Origin: Nitrosopumilaceae archaeon
GTDB taxonomy: Archaea > Thermoproteota > Nitrososphaeria > Nitrososphaerales > Nitrosopumilaceae
DNA length: 64,000 nt
NCBI GenBank assembly: GCA_965214835.1
Contig: CBDCCK010000002.1
Coordinates: 1,600,001-1,664,000 of the forward strand
Direction: 5' to 3'
Numbering within the stretch: position 1 is the first letter of the stretch; each line of letters starts with the position of its first letter. The position numbers and the translations under genes were made by a program. Positions 41,235-52,014 of the stretch are shown here, piece after piece. The notes below the pieces were generated by a model. It saw nothing but the letters and a program-made list of their open reading frames with translations. It was not told the origin of the DNA and did no database searches.

Positions 41235-42546
41235 CCTTTTCCCCCACCTTTGGGACGATCTTGTCGCTGGCCTTTACCAAAAACGGGGAGATAAACGCGG
41301 TGATTATGGAGATTATCCCTATCAGCGGGAAGAGAAATGCGCTAACTGCACCGATGTCCACGCCGGCCTTTACGATGACAATTGAGAACTCGCCCCTGGG
41401 CGCGCCCAGCGTAAATGCGGCACGCAGCGACTTGGAGCGCTTTTGCCTGAAGATGATGTTGCCCAACATGTTGCCGCCAAACTTCATGCCTGTGGCAACG
41501 GCAATCAGGCCGATTGCGACGTAGATATAGTTGCCAAGCTGGCCGATGTCCATCAGGGCGCCCACGGATACGAAGAATATCGCAACGAACATGTCCTTGA
41601 TCGGGCTGGAAAGCAGCTTGGATACCTCGGCGGACTTTGACTCGGCGACCAGGACGCCTGCAAGAAACGCGCCAATGGCAACGGAGAGCCCCACCACGTT
41701 TGCCAGTAGCGCGTATCCAAAGCACAGCCCCAGAACGCTGAGCAGGAGGATTTCGCGGTTTTCAGCAGCTGCCACCTTGTCGATCATGGGCGGGAGGATC
41801 CGGGTCCCGATCGTAAAGGTTCCGGCAATCAGGCCCGATGCAACGAGCACCACCACGATGATGCCCTCCACGGAAACGGAGCCGACTAGGGCAATCGACT
41901 GCAGCGACGAGATCAGGATGACTGCGATGACGTCCTCTACAATCAGGATTCCCAGCACCATGATTGACGACTCTTTACGGATCTTTCCCATATCCTCCAG
42001 GATTTTTACGATGATTGCAGTGCTAGATATGGAAAGGGCGGCCGCAATGAACAGGGAATCCATGAAGTTTAGCCCAAACATGCTTGCGGCATAAAAGACG
42101 ACTCCCAGGGTCGAGAACAGCCCGATGGTTCCAACGCCTACGGCCACCTTACCAATCGAGCGGATCTTTGCATACGGAAACTCGATTCCAATGACGAACA
42201 GCAGCAGGATTACGCCGATCTCTGCAAAAAGATTAAGCGCAGAGATGTCAGATAGAATCCCAATCCCCTCTATGCTAGAGGGCCCGCCCTCTGGCAGAAA
42301 CCAGGACCAGAGGGGTGAGAGGGGGCCGATCAGCATCCCGGCAAAGAGGTAGCCGATGATGAGAGGCTGCCTGATTTTGAAGAATGCAAGCGTGACGATT
42401 GAGCCAATAATCATGATGATTGCCAGATCCGTGACAAACGTGGTGTGGGGCAGCTCCGGCTTTAGCTGCTCGACTATGGTGCTTACGCTCTGATTCAGAG
42501 AGTTCTGAATCCCAAAGGAATCAATTTGCAGGGTTGTGTTTATCAC
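41227..42546 (-). CDS. CPA2 cation:proton antiporter
   Basis: GVILLLFVIGIEF, SISSTAI, LIVED, GAFLAG, PRGEFS. Confidence 0.92.
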   Translation of the reverse strand: MINTTLQIDSFGIQNSLNQSVSTIVEQLKPELPHTTFVTDLAIIMIIGSIVTLAFFKIRQPLIIGYLFAGMLIGPLSPLWSWFLPEGGPSSIEGIGILSDISALNLFAEIGVILLLFVIGIEFPYAKIRSIGKVAVGVGTIGLFSTLGVVFYAASMFGLNFMDSLFIAAALSISSTAIIVKILEDMGKIRKESSIMVLGILIVEDVIAVILISSLQSIALVGSVSVEGIIVVVLVASGLIAGTFTIGTRILPPMIDKVAAAENREILLLSVLGLCFGYALLANVVGLSVAIGAFLAGVLVAESKSAEVSKLLSSPIKDMFVAIFFVSVGALMDIGQLGNYIYVAIGLIAVATGMKFGGNMLGNIIFRQKRSKSLRAAFTLGAPRGEFSIVIVKAGVDIGAVSAFLFPLIGIISIITAFISPFLVKASDKIVPKVGEKDA

Positions 42547-42598
42547 CTAATTGACTAGAAGATTTTGTTTTAAATTATTTGCCATTCCGGGGGGGGGG

Positions 42599-42727
42599 GG
42601 GGCTGTCGCCTAATTCCACTTGTTTGACCCAATCTGCACGTTTTTCTGAATTTCCGCCATTTTGCACGCCTGATCATATGGCATCTCAACGGTTTTCGGG
42701 GATTCTAGCGAATTAGGCGACAACCCC
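42599..42727. mobile_element. MITE-C copy
   Basis: Nearly identical to 19729-19857; TSD CATTCCGGG merged into a 14-G run. Confidence 0.9.
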
Positions 42728-42781
42728 CATTCCGGGGGGTGCCGGATCAAAGCTCTTTATGCCCAAGTAATCCGATACAGG

Positions 42782-42847
42782 CTGCAGGGTGATGAGTGGG
42801 TCATCTGAAACTTGTGTGGAGATATGACCTGGGGTATCTGACTGCAG
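42782..42847 (+). ncRNA. Box C/D sRNA
   Basis: C box GTGATGA (42789), D' CTGA (42805), C' GTGGAGA, D CTGA (42838), terminal CTGCAG stem, TTTAT promoter. Confidence 0.75.
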
Positions 42848-42898
42848 GTAATTTGATAATAACCCGGTTATTAATAGTACGGTACCATACGGTAATAC

Positions 42899-43006
42899 AT
42901 GATTCAGTGTGAATACTGCACAAGAGGCTTCGTCGAGAGCTCAAACGGGCTTGTCGAGAAGACATTCCACGAGATCCTGCACGAGCCAGAGGTTGTAAAC
43001 CAATAA
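42899..43006 (+). CDS. 35-aa C2H2 Zn-finger microprotein
   Basis: MIQCEYCTRGFVESSNGLVEKTFHEILHEPEVVNQ; TTATTAA promoter; T-rich terminator. Confidence 0.65.
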   Translation: MIQCEYCTRGFVESSNGLVEKTFHEILHEPEVVNQ

Positions 43007-43066
43007 CCACTTTTATCTCTTATTTTTGACCACTATTTTTTAATCTAAACAAAGCGGTGTAAAAGT

Positions 43067-44524
43067 ATGGCTACAAAAAAGGCCGCAAGCGCCAAGCCGG
43101 CAAAAAAGGCCGCAAGCGCCAAGCCGGCAAAAAAGGCCGCAAGCGCCAGGCCGGCAAAAAGGGAGCCTACTCCTGCAGCGATGCTAAAAAAAGTGGCCTC
43201 AATATCTGACACGGCCAAGCAGCTATCAAAGGAAATCAAGGTAGTGGGCAAGATATTTGCAGACAACCAGAAGGTTCTCATATCAATGAAGACGATGATG
43301 GATGCTATTGCCGTATCACTAGAACAGATCCAAAAACAGTCAAAGCAGATCAGCATCCTAGAGGACGACAGCGGCAAGCTGTTTGCGGGACTAAACCAGG
43401 TGAGGGGGCAGGCAGACATCATTGCCAAGATAAACTCCCAGACGGCAAGGCTAGAGGACGAGGTTTCCAAGATTCAAAAGTCGGCCCCAAAGACGGCGGA
43501 GCTGGCACAGCAGGTCGGCGACAGCATGGACTCGATACGGAACAACTCGCAGATGATCATGAAGATTGCCCAGAGAATAGACGGCGTCAGGGATCAGCTG
43601 CGGGAGGTGTCCACAAAGACAGAGTCACTGGCAGGCATAGGCGACGAGATCGAGTCGTTAAAGAAAAGCATTGAATCCGGAATCGACGCCTCGGAGCTAA
43701 GGGCAGAGCTGGAAAAAATATCGCAAAAGGCAGACGCAACAGAGTTCCTCAAGGGGGAGCTGGTAGAGATCAACAAGACTATCAGGGGCATATCAGAAAG
43801 GGCAGAGGGCATCGACGGCATAGAGGATGTGATTGGCGGGCTAAGGCGGGAATTTTCGGCCATTGCAGAAAAGGCGGCGCCGATACCGTCAATATCTGCA
43901 GAGCTGGACGCAATCAAGGACAAGATAGAGAAGGTATCGCAAAACGCCGGAAAAATAGACGCAGTCGAGGGCCAGGTAGAGTCGCTGGCCAGGAGGGCAG
44001 ACGCCGCGGCACTAGTAGGCGAGGGCGTAAAGTCGGTCCAGGAGGGCATGGGTGAGCTCAGACAGAGCCTGGCAGACAAGACAAACACAATTGAGCAGAA
44101 AATTTCTGCCCTTGCAGGGGCAGTCAGGAGGACAGACGAGTCATCCTCAAGGGATGTAGTTGTGCTGCTAAGGCTGTCCGAGTTCCAGTCAAAGATCAGG
44201 ATGAATGCCGAGTCAAAGTACGGGGAGCTAAGGGACATCGAGGGCATGGCAGAGCAGACCCGCGACATTACCAGGCTGTTCGGGGAGACGTACAGGGATA
44301 CGGAGGGGGGCGTGGAGATGCCCTCAGATGTCCAGCAGTGGGCGATATCGAAGATATTTGACTGTGCAGACAGGTGGGAGATCAGATTCTCAGACGTGTT
44401 CAACATACTGTACGACAGGATAGGCAGGGAAAACCTCAAGGAGATGATCCGGATCCGCCAGATCAGGGACATTTACGGGATAAGGGCAGTAGACGAGATC
44501 AGGGGGGAGCTGGGAATCCCCTAG
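43067..44524 (+). CDS. Long coiled-coil protein with histone-H1-like N-terminal repeats
   Basis: KKAASA(K/R)PA x3 encoded by a 27-bp tandem repeat; heptad-rich body. Confidence 0.8.
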   Translation: MATKKAASAKPAKKAASAKPAKKAASARPAKREPTPAAMLKKVASISDTAKQLSKEIKVVGKIFADNQKVLISMKTMMDAIAVSLEQIQKQSKQISILEDDSGKLFAGLNQVRGQADIIAKINSQTARLEDEVSKIQKSAPKTAELAQQVGDSMDSIRNNSQMIMKIAQRIDGVRDQLREVSTKTESLAGIGDEIESLKKSIESGIDASELRAELEKISQKADATEFLKGELVEINKTIRGISERAEGIDGIEDVIGGLRREFSAIAEKAAPIPSISAELDAIKDKIEKVSQNAGKIDAVEGQVESLARRADAAALVGEGVKSVQEGMGELRQSLADKTNTIEQKISALAGAVRRTDESSSRDVVVLLRLSEFQSKIRMNAESKYGELRDIEGMAEQTRDITRLFGETYRDTEGGVEMPSDVQQWAISKIFDCADRWEIRFSDVFNILYDRIGRENLKEMIRIRQIRDIYGIRAVDEIRGELGIP

Positions 44525-46536
44525 ACTGCGTCGGTCTCGTCGTACTTTGCAAGCTGATCCTTCTTTCGCTTCAGAACCGCAAAGATGCCGATGATTGCCG
44601 CAATCCAGACCGCGCTGAAGATTATGTTAGAGACGCTGACATACATGTACGGGGTGGCATCCATGATGTTCTCCCGGATCTCGGATGCCTGGTTGTCGAT
44701 GTTTAGCATCGCAGTGTGATACGAGGAGCTGTCCATCGGGACGGCTGCAATCTGCTCGGCATAGTCTATCATCGAGCCCAGCTCGGCCTGTATTCTCCCA
44801 AAGTCGGTATCGGCGGTGGGGAACAGCCACACGGGGTTGCCCTCTGCCGGAAGGCTTGCCTTTGCGTCCCTGAGGTGCTCTATGATGATGCCGGTATCGG
44901 CAGAGCCCACGACTGCGGCCATGTTTCCGCGCGCCAGATCCAGCGGATACACGTCAGTCGAATAGCCCTGCATGGCCATGTATGCGCCAAAGCCGATGAT
45001 CGTAATGATGCCTACCATTGCAAGCTTGTATGAAACATTTGCCATCCTTTCTGCCCTGGTTGGGGGCAGGCTGCCGCTGGATTTATTTCTTTTAAACTTG
45101 GAGTGGGACAGGCTCAGGTACGCTATGTACATGAATCCGACCGTCTGAAGGCCTATAATCGGCGCAAAGAACGGATTGTTTGAGAAGATGGCAATCAGTA
45201 TGCCAAGCAGGCCGTATACCCCAAAGAAGACCTCAAGCAGCGTCGTCTTGGTAAAGGGCAGGTTGTACGCCTTACTCTTCCAGTCGTCGCCGTTTTTGAC
45301 GATGCCGTACTTTGGGGTCCGGAGGAACTCGTTTTTCTTGCCAAAGACCGCGTCAAAGACTGCGACCGTGTTGTTTACCGACATTCCTGCGTTGTAGACA
45401 AGCAGGGACGGGAGTACCTTTGACTTGGACTTCCAGGAGGAGTTGTACATCTTTTGCATGATGAGCAGGTATGCGACCGGACCCATGGCAAGGTATGCCG
45501 CGATAGTCAGCGCCGGCAAAAAGCTTATCAGATAAAGGTTGACGTCGGAGGCAAGCAGGACCGGCAGTGCCAGGAACTGGATCAGCATAAGCGGATAGAC
45601 GATGTGGCGCGTAAGCTGGATGAACGCCTGGAACTTTGCCTCAATGGCCACCTTGCGCTTGACGGCAATGTCGGCCAGGAGCTTGATGGCGCACTGGATG
45701 GAGCCCTTGGCCCACCGAAACTGCTGCCGTTTGGCGGCGTTCATTTGGACGGGAAGCTCCGCATCGACTACTATGTCAGGCAGGAAGAGGCACCTCCATC
45801 CCCTCATCTGTGCGCGGTAGCTCAGGTCGAGATCCTCGACTAGGGTTGCGGTGTGCCAGCCTCCGGCGTCCTCTATGCATTGGCGCCGCCATATGCCCGC
45901 GGTCCCGTTAAAGTTCATGAACAGGTGTGAGTTGCTTTTTGCCTTTTGCTCTATCAGGAAGTGAAAGTCCAAGCTCAGTGCCTGCGCCTGGGTGATGGCA
46001 GAATAGTTCTCGTTGACATGGCCCCACCGGCACTGGACCAGGCCGATTTTCTCCCTGGCAAAGTGGGGAATGGCGCGCTGCAGGAACCACCTTGGGGGAA
46101 TAAAGTCGGCATCAAAGATGGCCACAAAGTCAGTGTCGGTAGTCTTCATGGCATGCTTTAGCGCGCCTGCCTTGTATCCGGACCTCGTGCCGCGCCTGAT
46201 GTGCTCTATGGCATATCCCTGCTTTTGATAGTTACGTACGGTTCTTTGCATCAGCTCTACCGTATCATCGTCAGAGTCATCTAGCACCATGATTCTCATC
46301 CTGTCCATCGGATAGTCCATCGCGCAGACCGCGTCCACTAACCGCGCTGCTACGTACTTTTCGTTGTAGATTGGAAGCTGGATCGTAATCGATGGCTCGT
46401 CAAGCTGCGTGGTGGGATTCTTGCCGTTTTTTTTGGATGCCAAAAACGTAAGATAGTAAAGGTTGCAGGTATACAGCGCGATGAGTCCTGCACATGCCAA
46501 AAAGACGTCAAAAACCAAGCTAGTGAATGGATTCAT
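44521..46536 (-). CDS. GT2 processive glycosyltransferase (cellulose-synthase-like)
   Basis: DDSDD, KAGAL, DADF, VED, QQFRW; multiple TMs. Confidence 0.92.
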   Translation of the reverse strand: MNPFTSLVFDVFLACAGLIALYTCNLYYLTFLASKKNGKNPTTQLDEPSITIQLPIYNEKYVAARLVDAVCAMDYPMDRMRIMVLDDSDDDTVELMQRTVRNYQKQGYAIEHIRRGTRSGYKAGALKHAMKTTDTDFVAIFDADFIPPRWFLQRAIPHFAREKIGLVQCRWGHVNENYSAITQAQALSLDFHFLIEQKAKSNSHLFMNFNGTAGIWRRQCIEDAGGWHTATLVEDLDLSYRAQMRGWRCLFLPDIVVDAELPVQMNAAKRQQFRWAKGSIQCAIKLLADIAVKRKVAIEAKFQAFIQLTRHIVYPLMLIQFLALPVLLASDVNLYLISFLPALTIAAYLAMGPVAYLLIMQKMYNSSWKSKSKVLPSLLVYNAGMSVNNTVAVFDAVFGKKNEFLRTPKYGIVKNGDDWKSKAYNLPFTKTTLLEVFFGVYGLLGILIAIFSNNPFFAPIIGLQTVGFMYIAYLSLSHSKFKRNKSSGSLPPTRAERMANVSYKLAMVGIITIIGFGAYMAMQGYSTDVYPLDLARGNMAAVVGSADTGIIIEHLRDAKASLPAEGNPVWLFPTADTDFGRIQAELGSMIDYAEQIAAVPMDSSSYHTAMLNIDNQASEIRENIMDATPYMYVSVSNIIFSAVWIAAIIGIFAVLKRKKDQLAKYDETDAV

Positions 46537-46688
46537 GGTTATCCCTGCTAGTCAGATGGTTTCTGGCTATAAATAGTTGAAAGCATGCTGCCCGGCAAGA
46601 GCCCTGCCCTTGGCAGCTAGAAACGGTTTTGCACGTGACTGTGATTTTCATGCCCGGCTGGCAGGAGGACGTAGCCCCAGCATGGCTG

Positions 46689-47642
46689 TCACTTTTGCTC
46701 GAAGATCTTGATTGCCTTTGGCGGACATACGCCCTCGCAGGCAAGGCAGAAGATGCAGTCGGGCTCTTTTGACATCAGCGGCTTTTTCTCAGAGGCGGGA
46801 TTTCCGGGAGAGTCAAACCACTCGTACACGCTGACAGGACATGCCTCAATGCACGCGCCGTCTGCCACGCAGATATCATAGTCTACTGAGACAAACTCCC
46901 CCCACACGCCCATGATTCCGTTGCTGGTCCCCTTTCTGCCCCAGGTCTTGATTGTGTGGCCGCCCTCTGCTGCAAATGGCGCAGATGGCTTCATCTTTGA
47001 CTTGTATTCAACGTCAATAGGCCCGGGCTTGGCGCCATCGGGAATCTCTACTACCTCGTCATCGGACTCTTCGACGACCTCCTCCTCCTTTGCGCCAAGC
47101 TGTGGCTTTGCGTTGGGCACAATCTTTGCAAGTGGGGTCATCTCGTCTAGTTTGTTTAGTGCAGCTATCTCGGGAATCTTTTCGTTTTTAATCATGGACT
47201 CGACCATCTTGTCTTGCAGTATGGTGTTGCGAAGCAGTGTGTCAATGATCATTTTTGCAAAGTGATCTGCCTTTTTTCGATAGTCCCTAACCCACTGTGG
47301 ATCGCCGAACTTTTCAATCGGGAAGATCTGGTATATGATGTCGACGACCTCTCCGGTTACGACCTCCACGGTAACGCTGAGGTCTACCTCCTCGTATCCC
47401 CGTGCATCCGGATCATCCATGTTTCTCTCAGTCCAGGTATAGGTTGCAAATACCCTGTCGGCATAGGCATCCATCTCAAAGGTTTTCTTCAGTCCGGTGA
47501 CAATGGATTTTATCTCGTCCGGATCAACTAGCTCAATCGGCAGCCTGTACAACCCTAGCTTGTAGCCGTGCAGCGGATATACCCCTCTCTTGGCAGTCGG
47601 GGACTCCATTGTGTATACCCGATCCTTGAGCAACAGCGACAT
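46689..47642 (-). CDS. Protein with C-terminal dicluster ferredoxin domain
   Basis: CVADGACIEACP and CIFCLACEGVCP. Confidence 0.88.
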   Translation of the reverse strand: MSLLLKDRVYTMESPTAKRGVYPLHGYKLGLYRLPIELVDPDEIKSIVTGLKKTFEMDAYADRVFATYTWTERNMDDPDARGYEEVDLSVTVEVVTGEVVDIIYQIFPIEKFGDPQWVRDYRKKADHFAKMIIDTLLRNTILQDKMVESMIKNEKIPEIAALNKLDEMTPLAKIVPNAKPQLGAKEEEVVEESDDEVVEIPDGAKPGPIDVEYKSKMKPSAPFAAEGGHTIKTWGRKGTSNGIMGVWGEFVSVDYDICVADGACIEACPVSVYEWFDSPGNPASEKKPLMSKEPDCIFCLACEGVCPPKAIKIFEQK

Positions 47643-47692
47643 TTGATTATGGTATTTTGGGATTATTTAAAAATCTTATCTACTCATGGAAT

Positions 47693-47785
47693 GTACGAGG
47701 TCACCTACCCCTACCAATCAGGCACGAGTTGGCATCTATGACTGTGATTTTCACGCCTGGCCAGCAGGGGGACGTGACCACATAC
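47693..47785 (-). mobile_element. MITE-A copy (left arm of putative composite)
   Basis: 93 bp; left flank CATGGAAT. Confidence 0.9.
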
Positions 47786-47925
47786 AAACCATCCATTTCT
47801 TTTATGAGTTTACTATGGGTCAAAACCTGCTAATTACGAATCGCTTCTCTGCGCACCTAGCCCGTATAACGTCTCACGGTTTTCAGGAGTCTGACGAATT
47901 GTGTGGCAGCCCCCGTGTCATGCGT

Positions 47926-48062
47926 GGGAGGCCGTTTCCTAGTTCCGCTTGCTTGACTCAATCTGTATGCCCTTCTAAATTTCCGCCATTTTGCACGCCT
48001 GATTCGTATGGCATCTCGAAGGTTTTCAGGAATTCTGGCGAATTAGGCAACGTCCAACCCCC
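47926..48062. mobile_element. Diverged MITE-C copy
   Basis: Interior TTTCCGCCATTTTGCACGCCTGAT...GAATTAGGCAAC. Confidence 0.7.
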
Positions 48063-48084
48063 GTGCGCGGCGGCGGGCAGGCGC

Positions 48085-50502
48085 CTAGGTCGGCACCGCA
48101 GGCGTGACTGCATCCAGCATCTGCGTTCTCTGCTCCTCTGGAATTGCGTCCAGTGCCTTTGCAAGGATGGAGTTTAGCACCGTCTGATCCTTTGGAAATC
48201 CAACCGACAGCATTATGTCGTGCCCTACCGGGCCGGCGTCGTATATGGGGCCCACTTCTGCGTTCTCTGCTGCGTGGGCTGCTGCCACCACGTATACCTC
48301 TATGAACACGTCTATGCTGCCGTCACCTAGTGCGCCAAGCGCCGTCGCGTGATCCTCAAAGGACGTATAGGCTATGCCGTTTTCATCTAGCCATTCCTCT
48401 ATCTCGTAGTCCGCAATCGTTCCGACCTTGAGGGTCGCGATCTCTTCTGCGGCAACGGGCATCTCGTCGGATGTTATCATGTCCCATGACAATGTGGTGT
48501 GCGGCTCTGTAAAGTCCATGTATTCGGACCTCTTCTCGGTCATCCCGACCATGAACATCACGTCGGCCCTCCCGTCCCTGATGGCATCCAGCGCGTCAGT
48601 CCAGCTGTCCAGTTCCGCCGGGACAAAGTCTGCACCAGTCAGCGCTTCAAACTCTGCAATATACCCTTTCGTGATTCCCTGAACGCTTCCAGAACCGTCG
48701 ACAAACTCTATTGGGGCCCAGCCGGGATCATATGCGACGCTGATTGCAGTCGTGCTGGCAAGCAACCGGGCCTCTTCTTCTGTAAGATCCAGTGATGACG
48801 CCTCTTTCGCCATCATGTTGCCGGTGCGTGCCACTTCCACCGGACCGTCTTCTGCCATGCCTGCGGTTGCGTTGGCTTTTACTGTCCCGACTGCTTTGCT
48901 GGCGTTCATCGCATCTTTGGCGTCTTCTATCGCGTTCTCTTCCATGGCGTCTTCCATCGCATCTTTGGCATGGCTGAGATCCTGACGGGTGATGACGTCG
49001 ATGCCCCAGCCCCTGGCGATCAGTATGACCTTTGTGTCAGGCTTGACGCATGCTGGGGTGCGGTCATGGGACTTTAGCACGAGTTTGGTGAGGACCCCAT
49101 AAAATTCGAACCACCCAAATGCGTAGAATTTGTATGTGACAGGAGGGCATACGGGGCATGAAAAAACAAAAGTTCACATTGGCCGAAAAAACAGACATAG
49201 TGATGGAGTCCATCAAGACCAGCATCAGCACTGCCGAGCTGTGCCGCAAGCACAACATCGCGCCCACCACGTTTGGCAGGTGGATGGACAGGTTCGTCGA
49301 GGGCGGCAAGGCATCCATCCTGGGCCGGAATGACAAGGCAGCGGCTGCCCTGCAAAAGGAGAACCAGAATCTCAAACGCATCATAGGCGAGTATGCAGTG
49401 GCCTGTGACGCTTTAAAAAAAACAATGGAGCTGAGCAAAGGATGAATGCCGTACAGATCTGCCACCAGAAGATGAGCCTCAATACAGCCCTGGAATACTG
49501 CGGCGTCTCAAAGGGCACCTGGTATTACGCCAGGAAGGACGCCGACAGACGAGCCAGAAAAGCCGACCCCGGGACGGTCTCAATCATACGTACCATAGGC
49601 AAGAAAAGGCCGACGTACGGAACCCGGAGGATGGCAAACCAGATATTGCGCGAGACTGGCGTGCGCGTAAACCGCAAAAAGATACAGCGAATCTACCGCC
49701 AGATAGGCTGGATCGAGCCCAAAAAGACCAAAAACGACATAATACGGGCCTCGCGCAAGCTTACAAGGCCAGATGCCCCCAACCGGCTGTGGCAGGCAGA
49801 CATCACATACGTGGACTGCGGCGGGGACGGCTGGTGCTACTGTTTCAACGTACTTGATGCCTTTTCGCGCAGGTGGCTTGCATACTCCTTTGATACCACG
49901 GCGCAAAAGGAGAATGCGGTTCAGGCCGTACTCGATGCGGTATCGGCAGCAGATCCGGACTGCAGCATGCTGACCCTGCGGACAGACAACGGTTCTCAGT
50001 ATACGTCGCGCATGTTCAGGGAGTCCCTGAAACAGCTGGGAATAAGACACGAGCTCATAGCATACAGGACGCCAGAACAAAACGGCCACATAGAGTCGTT
50101 TCACGGAAGCATCAAGAGGGAATACCTGTGGCCCCATGAATTTGACTCCTTCCAGGACGCCTCAGACGTCATAAGGGAGGCATTTAGGGACTATAACCAT
50201 GACAGAATACACTCCTCACTTGGATATCTCACTCCGATGGAGTTCGTCGTACGGCACCAAAGGGAGGCAGGCAAATGATGATGCCAGAGCTACGCAAAAA
50301 CGCCCAAAAAGTGGTTCGAAAATACGGGGTCCAGATCAAGTTCTAGTCCGTCATTGCACACTATGACGCCTCCGGTAGGCATGCTCTTCATCTGCTTTAG
50401 TGGGGGCTCTACGTTGGCACCTAGCACATAGACTGACGTTGCGGGAACTATCAAAGCCATAAAAACTGAGACTGTCAAACAAGCGCGGACGGATCTGTTC
50501 AA
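48085..50502 (-). pseudogene. Extracellular solute-binding protein (family 3) with PPLKQ domain, interrupted by IS3
   Basis: Removing IS3 restores CNDGLELVLKSHDRTPACVKP; SBP motifs DPGWAPIEF and TEKRSEYMDFTEP. Confidence 0.85.
49086..50338 (+). mobile_element. IS3-family element (orfA 49158-49445, orfB 49442-50278)
   Basis: TG...CA ends, TIR core GGACCCC...TTCGAACCAC, 4-bp TSD AGTT, A8 slippery run at about 49415, DDE motifs. Confidence 0.95.
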
Positions 50503-50772
50503 TGCACTCTTGCTCTAGAACTGGCATATTTAAGCGCCTCTTTTCACCCAGTAGACGGAAATGTACCCGTATGAGACGTTATATCAAATCTTATCTGTAG
50601 CGGATGCCATATATTCCATGTTGGGCCCAAGAGCCGAAGTAACCTTGCCACGTATGAGGGCGTGTATGAGACTGGCTCAGAGTAGGCGGACAACAAAATG
50701 CCACATCGAGGGCGAATGGGAGTTTTCCGTTCAGTTGGGCACACACACTTTGATCAACAAGGAGGTGATACA

Positions 50773-51969
50773 ATGATCAACATCGGAATAGACGTTCATA
50801 AAAAGACGTGCGTAGCAACCATCAAGGACGATACTGCAAAGATTCTGGAACAGACGGAGTTTTCCAACACGGCCGACGGAATAAGAAAATTTGTCGGACG
50901 GATCAACGAGAAATATGCAGGACACGAGATCCGTGCAGTCTGTGAGGCAACGGGGAACTACTGGATCCTGCTGCATGACATGCTTGAGGATAAGCAAATA
51001 GACACACTGCTGGCGCATCCTGCCAAGACCCGGGCCATAGCGCAGGCAAGGCTAAAGGATGATAAAGTAGACTCGGAGGTACTGGCAGATCTGCTCAGGA
51101 TGGACATGGTGTACGAGTCGTTCGTGCCTGACAGGTACTATAGGGACCTGCGCGGCCTCTCAAGGGCCAGGATCGACGCAGTACGCCTGGGAACAGCCGA
51201 AAAGAACAAGATAACTGGTATGTGGTCACGTCCCCCTGCTGGCTAGGCGTGAAAATCATAGTCATAAATGCCAACTCGTGCCTGATTGGCAGGGGTAGGT
51301 GACCTCGTACGATAACTGCAATACTTGCAAAGTATGCGGCAAGGCCGCCCACCAAGGGCAAGTTTACCGTACAGGGAATCCAATGGATGCATGAGCTCTG
51401 CAGGGATGACGGGGACTGACATCTCGGAGATGGATAAAATGATGATAGGCACGGGACTGGACAGGATTGAAGTGACGCAGCAGCAGGCAGCAGGATTTGA
51501 GCGCAAGATTGCAACCATCTGCAGAGACGATCCCGGAACCAAGCTCCTGATGACGGTTCCCGGAATAAGCCACGTGATCGCACTTGCCATAATATCTGAA
51601 ATAGTAAACATACAAAGATTTCCCACCACAGAAAAGCTTGCATCATACGCGGGCCTGATATCGTCACACCGCAACAGCGGCGAGACCGTACGGGGAGGAT
51701 CAATAACCAAGACCGGCTCTGCATGGCTGCGATACGCCATTGTCAACGCAGCTACCGTAGCGGTGCAGCACGATAGCAGGATGGGTGAAAGGTACAGTAG
51801 AATAGCCAAGCACAGGGGAAGGCAAAAGGCCAAGGTGGCCGTGGCCAGAACGCTTGCAAAGGTGATCTGGCACATGCTGACCAATGAAACGGAATACCGC
51901 ACGCAGAACAAGGAGCTCACGCAGAGAAAGTATAAAGCGATGGAATGCCTAGTGAATGCGTCTGACTGA
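50773..51969 (+). pseudogene. IS110 transposase interrupted by MITE-A
   Basis: GIDVHK, CEATG, KDDKVD, VPGI, YAGL...SG, KVAVAR. Confidence 0.9.
51218..51310 (+). mobile_element. MITE-A copy
   Basis: Perfect 8-bp TSD GATAACTG. Confidence 0.95.
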
Positions 51970-52014
51970 AAAACGCACACTCGCAGTGGCCCGTGCAGGG
52001 AATCAGCACCGTTT

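Noticed and set aside
43594-44472. 292-aa minus-strand ORF and similar long antisense ORFs
   Set aside because: Ser-rich shadows of real genes on the opposite strand.
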